The notes beneath the pieces were generated by a model. That model was not told the origin of the DNA and ran no database searches. It saw only the letters and a program-made list of their open reading frames with translations. This document shows positions 40,178-54,096 of a stretch of 64,000 nucleotides of DNA, piece by piece. The stretch is from Octopus vulgaris (Eukaryota). Position numbers and translations under genes: made by a program. The stretch spans positions 73,904,001-73,968,000 of the forward strand of contig OX597818.1 of the NCBI GenBank assembly GCA_951406725.2, given 5' to 3'. Positions within the stretch are counted from its first letter, which is position 1; each line of letters opens with the position of its first letter.

Positions 40178-40459
40178 CTAGAAAAAGGAAAGATCCAAGA
40201 ATGGGAAGATGGAGAAAAAAATCGCCAACGATACACACGCGGGCACATCTTATAAATATATATACATATATATATACATATATATACAGATCGGTGTATC
40301 AAAACAACGAAAATATTTTGGCAAATTAAATTTAAATGTTGAAGTGAATCTAAAGGTTTTTCTGTTTTTACATGGCTTATATACACCTTCCACGCTGCAA
40401 TTATTTTTCTTTCAACACTCGATCTCAGATGAGGTCACTTGCTATGAAGTATACCTCCG

Positions 40460-40498
<39 letters not shown>

Positions 40499-40609
40499 CA
40501 TCCGAAACTCGGAGTTTTATCATGGCTACTGAATAATTGTCACATATTATATTTACAGATATACAAACACACACACTCGCATGCACACACACACACACGC
40601 ATATACATA

Positions 40610-40632
40610 CAGATAGATAGATAGATAGATAT

Positions 40633-40722
<90 letters not shown>
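40610..40722. repeat. (GATA)n tetranucleotide microsatellite
   Basis: Directly visible. Others at ~24110, 55531-55655 and 62770. Confidence 0.95.
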
Positions 40723-40723
<1 letters not shown>

Positions 40724-40879
40724 TCGAATACCAAATATACTGTAATATACTACTTATTAAAGTCAAGTCAAATCTTTACAAATTGCTACTCAGATTTTCA
40801 CGTCAGTTCCTCAGACGTTTGCGTTAATACTGAACAATAAATTTTAACAGTTCTGTATTTTGGAGATGAGGAATTTGAC

Positions 40880-41310
40880 GGATATTTATCATCATATTGT
40901 TTGTTGTTAACACAACGTTTCGGCTGATATACCCTCCAGACTTCGTCAGGTGTGTTGGGGAAATTTCGAAGCTGGATTTCATTCCTAGGGTATTTTTCGA
41001 TGTTGTTGTAGTCATTATTATTATTATTGTTGTTATTGTTGTTGATAATAATAAAGAAGACGAAGAAGAAGAAGAAGAAGAAGAAGAAGAAGAAGGAGGA
41101 GGAGGAGGAGGAGGAGGAGGAGGAGAAGAAGAAGAAGAAGAAGAAGAAGAAGAAGAAGAAGAAGAAGAAGAAGAAGAAGAAGAAGATCGAAAATACGTTA
41201 AGAAGAAGAAACCAGGTTCGAAATTTCCCCAAGACACCCGATGAAGCCTGGAGGGTACATCAGCCGAAACGTTGTGTTAACAACAAACAAGATGTGGACA
41301 AATATCCATG
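40880..41310. repeat. Inverted pair of hammerhead-bearing repeats around a (TTG/TTA)-(GAA/GGA) microsatellite spacer
   Basis: 40910-40953 minus: ACAC CUGACGA A GUCUGG..UCAGCC GAAAC GUU^ GUGU. 41234-41277 plus: ACAC CCGAUGA A GCCUGG..UCAGCC GAAAC GUU^ GUGU. Confidence 0.8.
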
Positions 41311-43042
41311 AAATGTAAATAATGTAAATAATGAATAAATTATGAGTATATATAATATAGTATAATATCGTTTTCGTAGTTCAACGAATAAGCATTTCAA
41401 TATAATTGTGTAATTGATTTTTGAAAAAAATGGAGTAATATTGGCTGTCAATACAATTAACTTTTTAGGAGGAGGAATAAAATATCAACAATAATTAGCT
41501 TTAAGAAAATTTGTGTAAAAGCAAGTAAAAAGGACTATATTTAGAAATGGGAATTCTAAATAGTTAAGAGGAATGTAATAGAAGTGCAAAAGGAGGAGGT
41601 TTTAAAACTGAAATTGGAAATGAAATTAAAGATTAAAAGATGTAGATGAAAATAAAATAAGTAAACAAGCAGAAAATTATACGCCAAAATTAGAAGCAAA
41701 AGAAACAATTGCAATAATAAGAGAGAGGGGGAGAGAGAGAGAGAGAGGGAGAGAAAGAGAAAGAGAGAAGTAATGTAAAAACGCAAAATATATACAAGGA
41801 AAGTGAGATAAAAGAAAGAAAAGAAAGAATGAAAAAGAAAATGGGATGAGCATATACGGCAAAATGGAGATAAAAATGAGAAGTAAATACAAGCGGGTGC
41901 GGGAGGAATAGTTACGTTAACAATACAAACATAAAATAGATGTGGTGAATATGATGTAACGAATAAGTCTCTGGAGTGGTAGACGGTTGATCGCTAGTTT
42001 AGAAGGACAGAGAATCAAAAGGATGCAGAAAGCATAGGACCATAATATGCGAACACACAGACACAGTAAAATTATGACTAAAATGTATAAAAGTGAGAAA
42101 GTAAAAGAATATGTATATGCTAAAAAATAAATATAAATATCAAACTAAGACATCGACATCTGAATGTGCGTACAAATACACACACACATACCTGCATATA
42201 CACACACATACATAAATACGTGCAAATTATAGACACACATATACAATCGCATACATATAGCTACATACTTACATACCGACAACCCAGTACTTACCACACA
42301 CACAAGATAAGTATAACACATGAGGAGACACTTATATAAGTATCCCCGTAATGAATAACATATATGCGTCTGTATGCTTATTGGTGTTGTGTGTATTTGT
42401 CTTGTGCATATATGCTTTTACATTACTTTCACCTTATTTTAATTTTTCCCAACTCATATCCCGTGAATTTGCCGTGGCTTGAATTTACTGGTCTTTTCAC
42501 ATAAACGCTATGCATGACATTTGAATTCAAAACTTGATTGTGTAGATAGAAGTTGAAACATTTCTATTGCCGGTCGGAATTCATTCTAGCCCCAAGCTAA
42601 AATCTTGCTTTGATTTCTATCTATAGGAATATTTCTCCTGACGAAACGAATGGGTCCCATAAGAGGTCCCTAATGTCAAAAGTGTAATAAGGAATTAACC
42701 AGCTATTTTCAAGTTGTGGTTTCTATTTGCCATGTCACCCGAAGACTGTTTTTATCGTGAGGAAAAATAATGAGTGATTTGGGCAGCTATTCTTAACTCT
42801 CTTAGTTATAACTGAGACTTGTTTATAATTACAAACATTTTTCTTCTTTGTATTTTACGATAACATGTTTGGCCATCGATATATTCATAAATAATCATAA
42901 TTATTTATAATATATCCTCTGTAATGTTTGTACATTTTTCTACTTATATATATATATAATTAGATATTAGATAATAAAACGAATGATTTATATCTGATAG
43001 ATTAGTGGTAAAGCTCGGTCACTTTCATGGTGTTCGTTATGT

Positions 43043-43590
43043 ATCTGGTTAATGAAAGATGGAAAATGGAAGATACGGGACATTTTGCTAATCACTACAA
43101 TTGTTTCGACACATCGAGCATCGATCCATCACGGGTGGGATACTTAGCAACTGGTTCAGGGGCATCCGACGATGCAGATGTGTATCTTCGAGTGATAAAC
43201 AAATACAACTCGTTAAAATAACAGCTCCTCAATGTATCTTCTCAGGTTTTCTGAGGAAAAGCCACAAATTGAAGGATACAGCTTCGTTGATATAGAAGAT
43301 CAATAATAAAATAACAGATGCAAAACAGAAACCAATACGCAATACAACGAATAACGTTTTAAATATAACCGTTAACGGACACGAAATGAGAAGATACGTT
43401 GCAGAACTGTTCTTTTAACGAGTTATAGCTGTTTATCACACGAAGAGACACATCTTCACCGTCGGCTGCTCCTGAACCAATAGTTAAGTATCTTACCCAT
43501 GAGGCATCGATGCTAGATGCGTCGGAACAATTGTAGTGATTAATGAAATGTCTTGTGTCTGCCATATCCCGTCTCTTATTAACTAGGTAT
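43043..43590. repeat. Inverted repeat (~200 bp arms) with a degenerate hammerhead in each arm
   Basis: Arms 43043-43244 and 43388-43590. Consensus AUCAC nCGAAGA GACACAUC [..] GAUGUGUC GAAAC AAUU GUA^ GUGAU. Confidence 0.8.
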
Positions 43591-43659
43591 ATAAATTATA
43601 TAAACACATATATACATATATATATATATGTATATACATATCCATATGTACATACATAC

Positions 43660-43726
<67 letters not shown>

Positions 43727-43817
43727 ATAGAGGGCATTATTACACATAAATGCCTCACACTAAAAGGGACAAAGTCATTACTACCAAAATTATACTAATC
43801 ATACCTAAATGCAGTTT

Positions 43818-43855
<38 letters not shown>

Positions 43856-43881
43856 GATACATATACATATATATACATATA

Positions 43882-43923
<42 letters not shown>

Positions 43924-45648
43924 TATATCACTCACTCACACATATACATATACACATATGTGTATATATTTATATTATATATAATGTAAAACATTTCCAC
44001 AAATGCACATTCTCACACGCACACATGTATAAACCATAAAACTTCTTCAGAAAGTATGACAGGTGAATATATTTATTTAAACCTTGTCAACCGTATGTTT
44101 ACGGCAGTTTCACAGTTTTGATCATTTATTAATAATTAATAATATCAGTATAAACATATTTATATATTTGCACTAATGTGCATGCCACCCATTATACAAT
44201 AAGGTTGTATATTCACAAATAAATGCAGATAAAGAACTGCATCAGATCACTAGAATATTATGATTACACTATTGCTTCAGCTCTTATCAGATATCAAGGA
44301 AATCGCAGAACTACAGGAAATGGAATGTGTTGCTAAAATACAATACGCATTTATCGGTGCGGGATTCGAACCCTTTAAATATTTGCGATCGGCCGTGCAA
44401 CACTGTAACGACTATTTCGCTCTGCTCTATATGTCATGTAATGTGACTGACCAGACTATTAGATGCTGTTACACATTGCTAGTCTCATTATGCTTTGCAT
44501 CGTTTCAGCCTTCGAAATACGCCAGTTGGCTGGTTAGGAGAAGAATCCAACATTCCCCTCTGATCGAAGTGGGTACTGGAGCAACGTAAAATGTAATGTT
44601 TTGCTCAAGAACACAACTCACCTCCAGTCTGGGAATCGAACCCACGAACTAACGACTAGGCAATGATCTATCAGTTAGCAAATTTTCTGTTTCCTACCAA
44701 ACAAAACATAGTACTTAAAATGTTTGAAGAATTCACTACTGACTAGTTAAATGCTAAAGGCATTTACTACTTTATATAGACATTGTGACAGCATAAGGGC
44801 GTACGTCTACGTTTGAACTCAAATTCCCTATCATTATACGACGAAAATGCACCAACCGAAATACTGAAATCAATGGAAACAGCAGAACCCAATAGAAACA
44901 AAGCAACAGTATGACTACTGTTGAATGCCTTTAGGCACCAAAACGCAAGAATATCAAGAAATGTAAACGTCCAAAGAATTTGGGAAAACGAATATGAACA
45001 GAACTGGCAATGCAAATAAAATATATGCGAATCCTTAATAATATCGATACCAAATAATCAAATGGAAGAAATATTAAATCATGCAAAAGGAATCTTTGTA
45101 CGAAATCAGAGAACGCCTAAAACAAGAAGTGTTTGCGTAATCAGAAAGTAGTCAATGTTTTTGAACAAAACAATAATAAAAGAATATATATATATAAACA
45201 TACCCTCACACACATACACACACATACACACACAAACACACCCACACACACACGCGCGCACAGAATCACACACATACATATATATATAAAACTAATCTCC
45301 AGTGTTGAAAGAAAGGTTTTGTAAAGAATTTTGTGAAGGCAAAAGAATATTGAAATCAGAATACCACCTATGTTAAGAGTAATTATATGGAATTTGGAGA
45401 GAAGTTAGGATAGAGTATGAATGGATCACAAGGTGCAAGAATGAAAAAATAAAAGAAGTGAATACAAGAAAGAGAGAAAATATTTGTTAAAGTAACACAT
45501 CAAGAAGTGAAGATATAGGAAAAGAAAGGCTGAAAACAACAGGAAATGAAAGATTGATATCTTCTGGGTATGAGCGTAGGTGTGTGTTTGTATGAGTGCG
45601 TGCGTTTGTGTGTATCCGCGTATGCCTGTACGTATGTATGTGTGCTGG

Positions 45649-45702
<54 letters not shown>

Positions 45703-47625
45703 CATATATATATATATCTACATGTGTGTGTGTGTGTATATAGGAACTTACGCTTTTATATCTATACTTTAATATGAGTGCATGTATGTTGCAGAGGAGT
45801 AACAAGTACCTACCATTTGTTTACAATGTATTTACAAAGAAAGGTGTGTTATGAAATCGGGCAATAGTAGCTGAATGTCTCTTCATATGTTCTGCATGTT
45901 TCAGAAAGACAGCTCGTGCGATCTCACCGGCCATTTTGATCACACCAGGTTATTCTTGCTGTCTATAGCACTATGTTCCTTACATTAATAGAAATAGTAT
46001 AAACACCAACAACAATAACAAATAATGAAGCTAATGATAACCTTTTGGGAATTTGAACACTGAACATAAAGAACGGAAACTAAATACCACAAAGGACTCT
46101 GTTCGACGTTCTAACAATTGAGGCCATCCCCGATAATATTGGCTTCTGATTTAAGATGAAGAACAGCAATATTGAGGGGAGTGGTTGGTCGAAATTATCG
46201 ACTTCTGTGCGTGATTGGTATTTAATTTCATCACCTCCAAAATCAGTTTAATGTTTCATCTCTCCGGAAGTAATTAAAATAATGTACCAGTCATGTACTC
46301 CTTTGATGATATCAACGACCACACCCCTGAAATTTGCTGGCATTATGCCCAAATCAGAAGTATTTATTATTAGCATGAAGCTGTGAGGTTGGCGGAGTTG
46401 ATACGGTATCGGAAAAAAAAGCCTTACGGTATTTCTTCTGGGTCTTTACGTTCTATATTCAAATCCCACCGAAGACAACCTCGCCTCTCATTTCTCCGAA
46501 GTCAAAACGATATATAAGTAAGATACCAGTCTTGTAGTGTATCAATTAACATACTCTCTTTAAAACTGTTGATTTTGTTACTAAAGTAGTAAGGACTATT
46601 ATTATGGACAGTGGAACCATAAAACAGTGGCAGTTAATTCGTTTGGAATTGAACCTAGAAATCACTTATATCAGAGCAGCACAAGAGATTCCGTCCGATA
46701 CCCTATCGATTTTGCCAATTAACCTTCTGTATACCACAAATAGTAATTGTTTCTAACATTAATACAAGGCCGCACATTGTTTTTTCAGTGCGGATGTAGT
46801 TGATTGCATCGTCTGGTGAAGATGAAAGGGAAATTCCATCTCAGAAGCCGATGCTGTCGTCTTTGTTGGCTTATTCAAATTAAGAATATCTCGACGTATA
46901 CATGTTTTTTCATTCACTTGTTAATCTCAACAGGCTTACGAATTTCTTTAAAACCCTAGATATATGTTGACCACAAGTAATTGCAATGTCTGCTGATACT
47001 AATCCTAAATTTAGTAAATGGTGGTATTATATCTGAACTTTATTTGAAATATTAAAAGTAAGTTTTTTTCTTCAGTAACTTTCAGAATGTGTCTATTTTG
47101 ATGAGAAAACAGGGCAAAGTATGCATTGTTAAATCGCAACAATAGAGGAGGCAGCTATTGTCGAATCAAAACACTTTCTCATTAGATATATTACTAAAGA
47201 GAACCAGAGATTTTCATTGATAAATGCGTCATACTCACGCACCGGTTTCTGTCTGCAGGAACGTAAAAAAATAAAATAAGAAGAATAAGAAAATCAAGCT
47301 TTAATCTCTAAGATAGACAATCATTCTTCGGATACAGATCAGTGAACAGTGTTATAAAATAGATTTTAAAGAATCCTATCAGTTGCAAGTGAAGAGTTCT
47401 TTTATCATTGATCAAAGTGGTGTACAGCAGACGTCTGCATGATTTTCCAGCCATCTCTGAAATTCTAATAATAGCCATCTGTTGTTGCTTTGTAATATGG
47501 ATCTAATTAAAATATTGATTTACTGAAGTAATATGAGAAAACGTCACGTAGCCACAACTATTGAGATATCAACCGCACACTCTGTTTTTGTATGGGTGTG
47601 TTTGTTTGTGTGCGTTTGTGTTTGT

Positions 47626-47683
<58 letters not shown>

Positions 47684-48864
47684 GTTATTTGTGACTTGCT
47701 AGATCTTTCATTTACAATGGTCAAAAATTAAAATGACATTATGCTTGGCATGGTGTTCTACAACTGCTTGTGATATTTGATAGTCAAACACACACATACA
47801 CACGCACACACATGCACACACACGCACGCACACACACAGGAACATGCAACAAGACAGATTCGTATAAGGGTATGCATACTCAACTAAAATACACACATAC
47901 TGAACTATAAACTTTCGCTTTTTAAACTACGTAAAATGCCTATGATTTTATTTCACACAGATATATTAATAGCTATTTCTTTACTGCCCACAAGGGGCTA
48001 AACACTGAGAGGAGAAACAAAGACAGACAAATGGATTAAGTCGATTATATCGACTCCAGTGCGTAACTGGTACTTATTTAATCGACCCCGAAAGGATGAA
48101 AGGCAAAATCGACCTCGGCGAAATTGGAACTCAGAACGTAGCGGCAGAGGAAATGCCGCTAAGCATTTCGTCCGGCGTGCTAAAATTTCTGCCAGCTCGC
48201 CGCCTTACAGATATATTAATAGCATTAGAGGTGGACGCAATAACTCCACACCGAGCCACACTAAGAATTACGTCGAATGTCCCATTTGTGGGGTTTCGTC
48301 TTTCAGCAAATGTCTTTTTTAGGCCCTGGAAGACCAATGCTTTGCGAATACATTTGTTAGATGGAAACAGTGCAGCAGCACGTAGTATATATATGAGCTT
48401 GTCTATGTGTCTATGCGTTTGTGTGCGCCAGTGCATGAATGGCCATGTTCGTGTCTGTCTTTGTCATACATCCTAACGCTTGAAATCTGTCGTAGGTTTG
48501 TCTACGTCTTTTAAAAATTTAGGCAAAGATTGACTGTTAGTATGAGTACCAGGCTTCAAACTCCTGGAATTGATTTGTTCCATTAAAACCTTTCAAAGCG
48601 GTGCCTCATCAACAGGTACATCGTAATTCTACAGTTGTTAATGTATCACGTTCTAAACATACTTGTCCCTTTATTTCCGAGAAAACATATGAATGATATA
48701 TTCCTTACACACACACACACACACGCACACACACACACACATACACACACAAATAAACACACACATGCAGACACATGCTCGCACACACACACCCATACAT
48801 ACACACAGATACGTACACGCATACATATAGATAGATGGACGGATATATATACTCTTTTTACTCT

Positions 48865-49262
48865 TTACTCTATTACTTGTTTCAGTCATTTGACTGCGGC
48901 CATGCTGGAGCACCGCCTTTAGTCGAGCAAATCGACCCCGGGACTTATTATATGTAAGCCCAGTACTTATTATATCGGTCTCTTTTGCCGAGCCGCTAAG
49001 TGAAGGGTACGTAAACACACCAGCATCGGTTGTTAAGCAATGCTAGGGGAACAAACACACAAACACACACACACATACATATATATATATACATATATAC
49101 GACAGACTTCTTTCAGTTTCCGCCTACCAAATCCACTCACAAGGCATTGGTCGGCCCGGGGCTATAGCAGAATACACTTGCCCAAGATGCCACGCAGTGG
49201 GAATGAACCCGGAACCATGTGGTTGGTTAGCAAGCTACTTACCACACAGCCTCTCCTGCGCA
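48865..49262 (-). mobile_element. Near full-length tRNA/CORE-type SINE (octopus-like)
   Basis: Minus strand: GCGCAGGAGAGGCTGTGTGGTAAG...CCGGGTTCATTCCC (A/B boxes), CORE-like CTTGGGCAAGTG, internal (TG)n, tail TGACTGAAACAAGTAA followed by GAGTAAA repeats. Confidence 0.9.
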
Positions 49263-49448
49263 TATATATATATATGCACCAAAATATTCTACGTTTGTGT
49301 GTGTAAGTACCAATGTATATATAATTATATATATTTATATATATATATGTATGTGTGTGTATATATATATATAGTATGGCTATAACTATTAATATCCAGT
49401 AACGCTGCCGTAATCTCCTTTAGAGAGATTTAGTAATTTTAATATTTC

Positions 49449-49499
<51 letters not shown>

Positions 49500-50979
49500 A
49501 AAATCCTACGTTTGTGCGTGTAAGTGTCTATGTATATATAATTAAATACATGTATACTGTTCATTTTGTTTTTAATGTTCCTTCTTTTTCCATCTATATT
49601 GAATACTAACATTAAAGGACATTTAAATCCCTCGGCATCACTTAACCTCTTACATATGAGGTACATCTTCAGATCAGGACACACACCTATCATATAACTC
49701 GATACGTAACACCATTTGTAGGATATCCTTCTATTTCACATCTTTATCTGCACAAACCATCACAACCGGATTCGTGTGATATTTCGCACTCGATATAACA
49801 ATTATCACACTATTTAACACGTTTCGTTCTTCAGAGAATATGCCCTGATTTCTGGTTTTACACAAAATGTTTCACTTTACACCTTACTGTCTGCAGAAGC
49901 AATTTGACTAAATTTCAACTTACAACGACTTTGTTATTCTATAGATTATGGAGCTATGTCATGTTTCCTTCTGAAATAATTAATAAAATTTTTCTAAATT
50001 TACATTAACAACAGTATATCGACCTTCTGCGGTAACAATTGCAATTATATATAAAGCTGTTTCAAACAGTTGCATGCGGAATGGATTATGCTTACTAATT
50101 TACGGTTATTTCCTGAAGGTGAAAGCAGCGCATTTGGTAAAACGCGTGATCCTCCATATTACGGCATTTAAGTAACGTCCACATGTTTCTAACTTCGATA
50201 TTTCACGGAATCCAAATGAGCTTTCATCTCTCAGAGATTACAGAACTGCAACGTGGAAATCAATATTCTATAATACAATAATGTGATAGAGATGAGAAAG
50301 CATACTAAAAGCATACACATTCTAAGGTATATGTTTTCATGTTTTCATACTGCTTAGAATTGAGAAATATTTGTCATTTTTATGTTTATTTCTCTCCTAT
50401 GGACTTCGCTGATTTGTAAAAAAAATTCAAACCCTGGATCTAGAACATATAAGGCAGTGTACTTGATTGCATGGCGTATAACTAAGCGAGGTCACAACAT
50501 TCGCCCTGAACGACAATCCAGTCCGTTGCGTGGTTACTCATTAACAGCGGAATGAAATGGGGCAACTGAAAAGAAGAGTTTGGTCTGGAATACAACACAC
50601 AGACCGGTACAGGAGAAGAAATCATGATCTTGCAATCGTGACTGCAATGCTTGCCGATTTAGTTATTTAGTGAAACCGGAACGTTTGTTTTACAAGCTTA
50701 TCTGGCCGACAATTGAAATATAAGGGAATCACTGTGTAATTAGAGGCAGTGAAACAGTTTTTCACTGCCTTATTGAAGCAACTTCTTTTATCTCACTTGA
50801 CAAAAAAAAGAAAAAGAAGGAAACGACAGTCTTATGAAGAAAAACTGTTGAAAATATGTGCTGATTTTCAAAATGGTAAAAGTATAAACAACAAACTAAG
50901 CGGATGGCATATCAGTAATTAGAAACTAAAGGCAAAATTAATAGCAGTTACAAAAAGTGACGGAGGGTACTGACACGTA

Positions 50980-52060
50980 CCACTTATGCTAAGATATAAA
51001 AGATAAATTAACTCTAAAGTCACTAAAGCACTATACTTAATGACTGACAAAGTAAGGTAAGTCCATAGCGTACATAGCCGTATTGCGATTTCGAATTTTA
51101 GTGTAAGACCTCTATTAATTTTGCCACTAGGTTCTAATTGCTAATAAACGATCCTTTGAATTTGTTGTTTACGCTTTTATCACTTTGAAAATCAGATGTT
51201 TTCAATGGTATTTGTTATAAGATTGACAAGGGAAGTTGAGTTTAGCACTAGATATTAAGAGCCGCTGATGAGAATTATGGTGGTCTACACCAAAATACGA
51301 AATTGCAATGCGGCTATATACGGTAGGGACTTACCGCCCTTTGTCAGTCATTAAGTATAGTGCTTTAGTGGATTTGGAGTAAATTTAACTCTTATAAGCG
51401 GTGCCATTTATGTATATATATATACATACATATATAGTTTCTCATATATGTCTATATATCTATGAAGTTATCTCTCCCACAGCCTTTCTATCCGTTTATT
51501 CTTTTCAAGTACGTGGCTGTGGGAATGCTGGAGCACCTCCGTGATTCTTACTCTTGCATATCTTTTTTCTATGACTGATTTCTTCAGGTTGGTGGGATTT
51601 CTTATCACCACTCCTGCATGTGTCCCCTCCCTTGGTTAAAGCACATTTAGTGTATGACGGTTTTTGCCACTGCTGCTCTCATCTGTACTTTATGCTTGGC
51701 CGTTCGTTCTTCTAGTATCATGGACTAGAGTATCATGTTTCTTAATTGTTTTTGAAGGATAGTGAAGAGTTGTGTGCTTTTAATCTGTAAGCTATTGCAT
51801 TATCTGGTCCTGACTTCAAACTGGTTGGACGCTACTTCTGATACAATACAAAGGCGTCGGGTTTGGGCATTTGTATAAATTAAGTAGTAGACCTTGACAA
51901 GGGAAATTGAGTTTAACCGTATGCGTTAAGTGCCACTGATAAGAATTAAGGTGGTCTACACCAAAATTCGAAATCGCGATACGGCTATATACGCTAGGGA
52001 TTACCTCCCTTTGTCAGTCATTAAGCATTGTGATTTAGTGGATTTGGAGTTTACACTTGT
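50980..52060. mobile_element. Three copies of a ~170 bp hammerhead-bearing repeat (minus 50980-51130; plus 51224-51405; plus 51894-52056)
   Basis: Consensus AGCCG CUGAUGA GAAUU.UGGUG-GUCUA-CACCAAAAUUC GAAA UCGCGA UA^ CGGCU. Motifs at 51260-51315 and 51931-51986. Confidence 0.85.
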
Positions 52061-52156
52061 CTTAGCAGAAGCTGTGGTAGCCAGTAGTCTCTGTCACTTT
52101 GTGACCTCTGGTAAATTCATATATAAATATATATATACATACATACATATATACAT

Positions 52157-52214
<58 letters not shown>

Positions 52215-52220
<6 letters not shown>

Positions 52221-52792
52221 ATAAATAAAATAAAACATATGCATATATACATACATATATGTACGTACCTACCTCTACATGTATATATACATGCACATAT
52301 GGGTACAGGACACAAAAAAAAGCGTCGAACACAATGAGAAGCGAAAACATAAACACAAGACCAAAGAAATGGACATTTTTCTTAAACAACGAAAAAATAG
52401 AGTACAGGACATACAATACAAGGAAAGACCTGTTTTTGTTACCATTTTTACCCCACCGCAAAAAATCTCAAATTTTATTTAGTTTGCTTTTCGCGGGAAG
52501 GAATGTTTCATAAAGTCGTGTCTCGCCTTGACCTTCGAAGCGCGGAGTAGATGAAACAAAGGCGACTGAAGAAGGGAAATTTTCTTTGTTTTGTATGTCC
52601 TGTACTCTATTTTTTCGTTGTTTAAGAAAAATGTCCATTTCCTTGGTTTTGTGTTTATGTTTTCGTTTCTCATTGTGTTGACGTTTTTTTGTGTCCTGTA
52701 CCCATATATGCATGTATATATACACGTAGAGGTAGGTACATACATATATGTATGTATATATACATATGACTTATTTTATTTATTAATTTATT
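52215..52792. repeat. Inverted repeat with ~210 bp highly similar arms and ~150 bp spacer
   Basis: 52215-52427 is the reverse complement of 52581-52792. Mirrored ORFs appear in the six-frame track (52259+ / 52479-). Confidence 0.9.
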
Positions 52793-53030
52793 ATATGACG
52801 GAACGCACGCATCCATTTCTAAGTAGGATTATTCTTAATATATATATATTGAACCACAAAAGAAACCACATATACTAAATAGAAACGGGTTTATTAACAG
52901 ACTGCCATAGATTGAAGAGTGGGGATTAAGAAACCCTTTTTTCTAACGATAAAATGTCATTTCATGTAACATGTTTCATGTCACATCTTGTCAGGTGATG
53001 ACGGAGTGTCCTTGATCCAAAGAGATGAAC

Positions 53031-54071
53031 TTAATATCTCGTGTAACCACCGATAGCGTTGATTACCGCCTGATATCTTCTGTAAATTGAATGCACCAAA
53101 CTATTGAGGAAGACCGTGGTGATAGCAGCCCGCATCCAGTTAAAACTTGCAGTGAGTTGTGCAGCAGTTGTCGGACTTGGACGGATGTTATTTAGTCTTC
53201 TTCGGATTTCGTCCCACAGGTGTTCTATAGAGTACAAGTCCGGACTTATGGCAGGCCATGACAGTGTCTGGATGCTGTGTTGTTGGAGGAAGCCTGTTGT
53301 CAACCTGGCAGTATAGGCACAAGCGTTGTCGTGTTGGAACACGTGATTCCTATGACGGGCAAAGCATGACACAATGTGAGACGTCAACACTTGGTCCATG
53401 TAACTAGAAACGGTTACACTATTGCCCCGAACTTGGGTGATATTTTGGAAGGCCACTAGTCGACGTTTCTGGTTAAATGCAACCCAACCACATTCCATGA
53501 GTGCAACCCAACCCCATACCTCCTCCCCATGAGTCTCTCTCCACTACACAGCAATCGGCATGATGTTCACACCTCCTGATTCAAACCCTAGTTCTGCCAT
53601 CTGCCACAGAAATGCAATATCGATTTCTGTCAGAGAAGAATACAGACCTCCACTGCTGATATCACCAGTTCTGACGTTTTTGAGCCCACTGCAGACGTGC
53701 CCGTCGATGACGATCTGTGAAGATGGGGCTCCTAGCCGGACGTCGACAAGACAGATTGAGCGACCCCAGCCGGCGGCGAACTGTCTTTGCACAAATGGGT
53801 CTGTAGTGAGCCCCTATGGTCTGCCTAGCTGATTCAGTTGCTCTACGGAATTGGTCCTGCAAATTCTGTCGGTGAAGGTGGCGATTTTGATGTGCTGTTG
53901 TAACCCTCGGTCGGCTACTGCGTGGACGATCATCCGTAATGTTTGTGACATTGTATCGTTCCATCAGACGCTCAATTGTCCGAATAATGCAGTTCAGTCA
54001 TTAGCAATGACACATGGCCGTTGGGAAAATCTGATGGCTTGCTTCCTCTGATTTCGTGTCAAACTTGGCAT
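53031..54071 (-). pseudogene. Tc1-like (DD34E) transposase, full length but with stops and frameshifts
   Basis: MPSLTRNQRKQAI, DRPRSSRPRVTT, HRRARLQWA, VFFSD, FQHDNACAY, WPAISPDLYSIEHLWD and AVINAIGGYTRY*. Confidence 0.92.
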
Positions 54072-54096
54072 GCTTGCTGCGTTCGGGAAACGAATG

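Noticed and set aside
40785-40830. Minus-strand CUGAGGA..GAAA
   Set aside because: Stem II is only 2 bp and there is no credible stem I or III.
48865-49262. tRNA gene calls at A/B-box-like sequences
   Set aside because: No full cloverleaf; these are SINE heads.
50744-50770. Perfect hairpin with CAGTT loop resembling an iron-responsive element or terminator
   Set aside because: The loop is not CAGUGN, there is no C bulge, and no associated gene.
52561-52585. CUGAAGA next to the 52.2-52.8 kb inverted repeat
   Set aside because: No stem II or properly placed GAAA/NUH, so not counted as a hammerhead.
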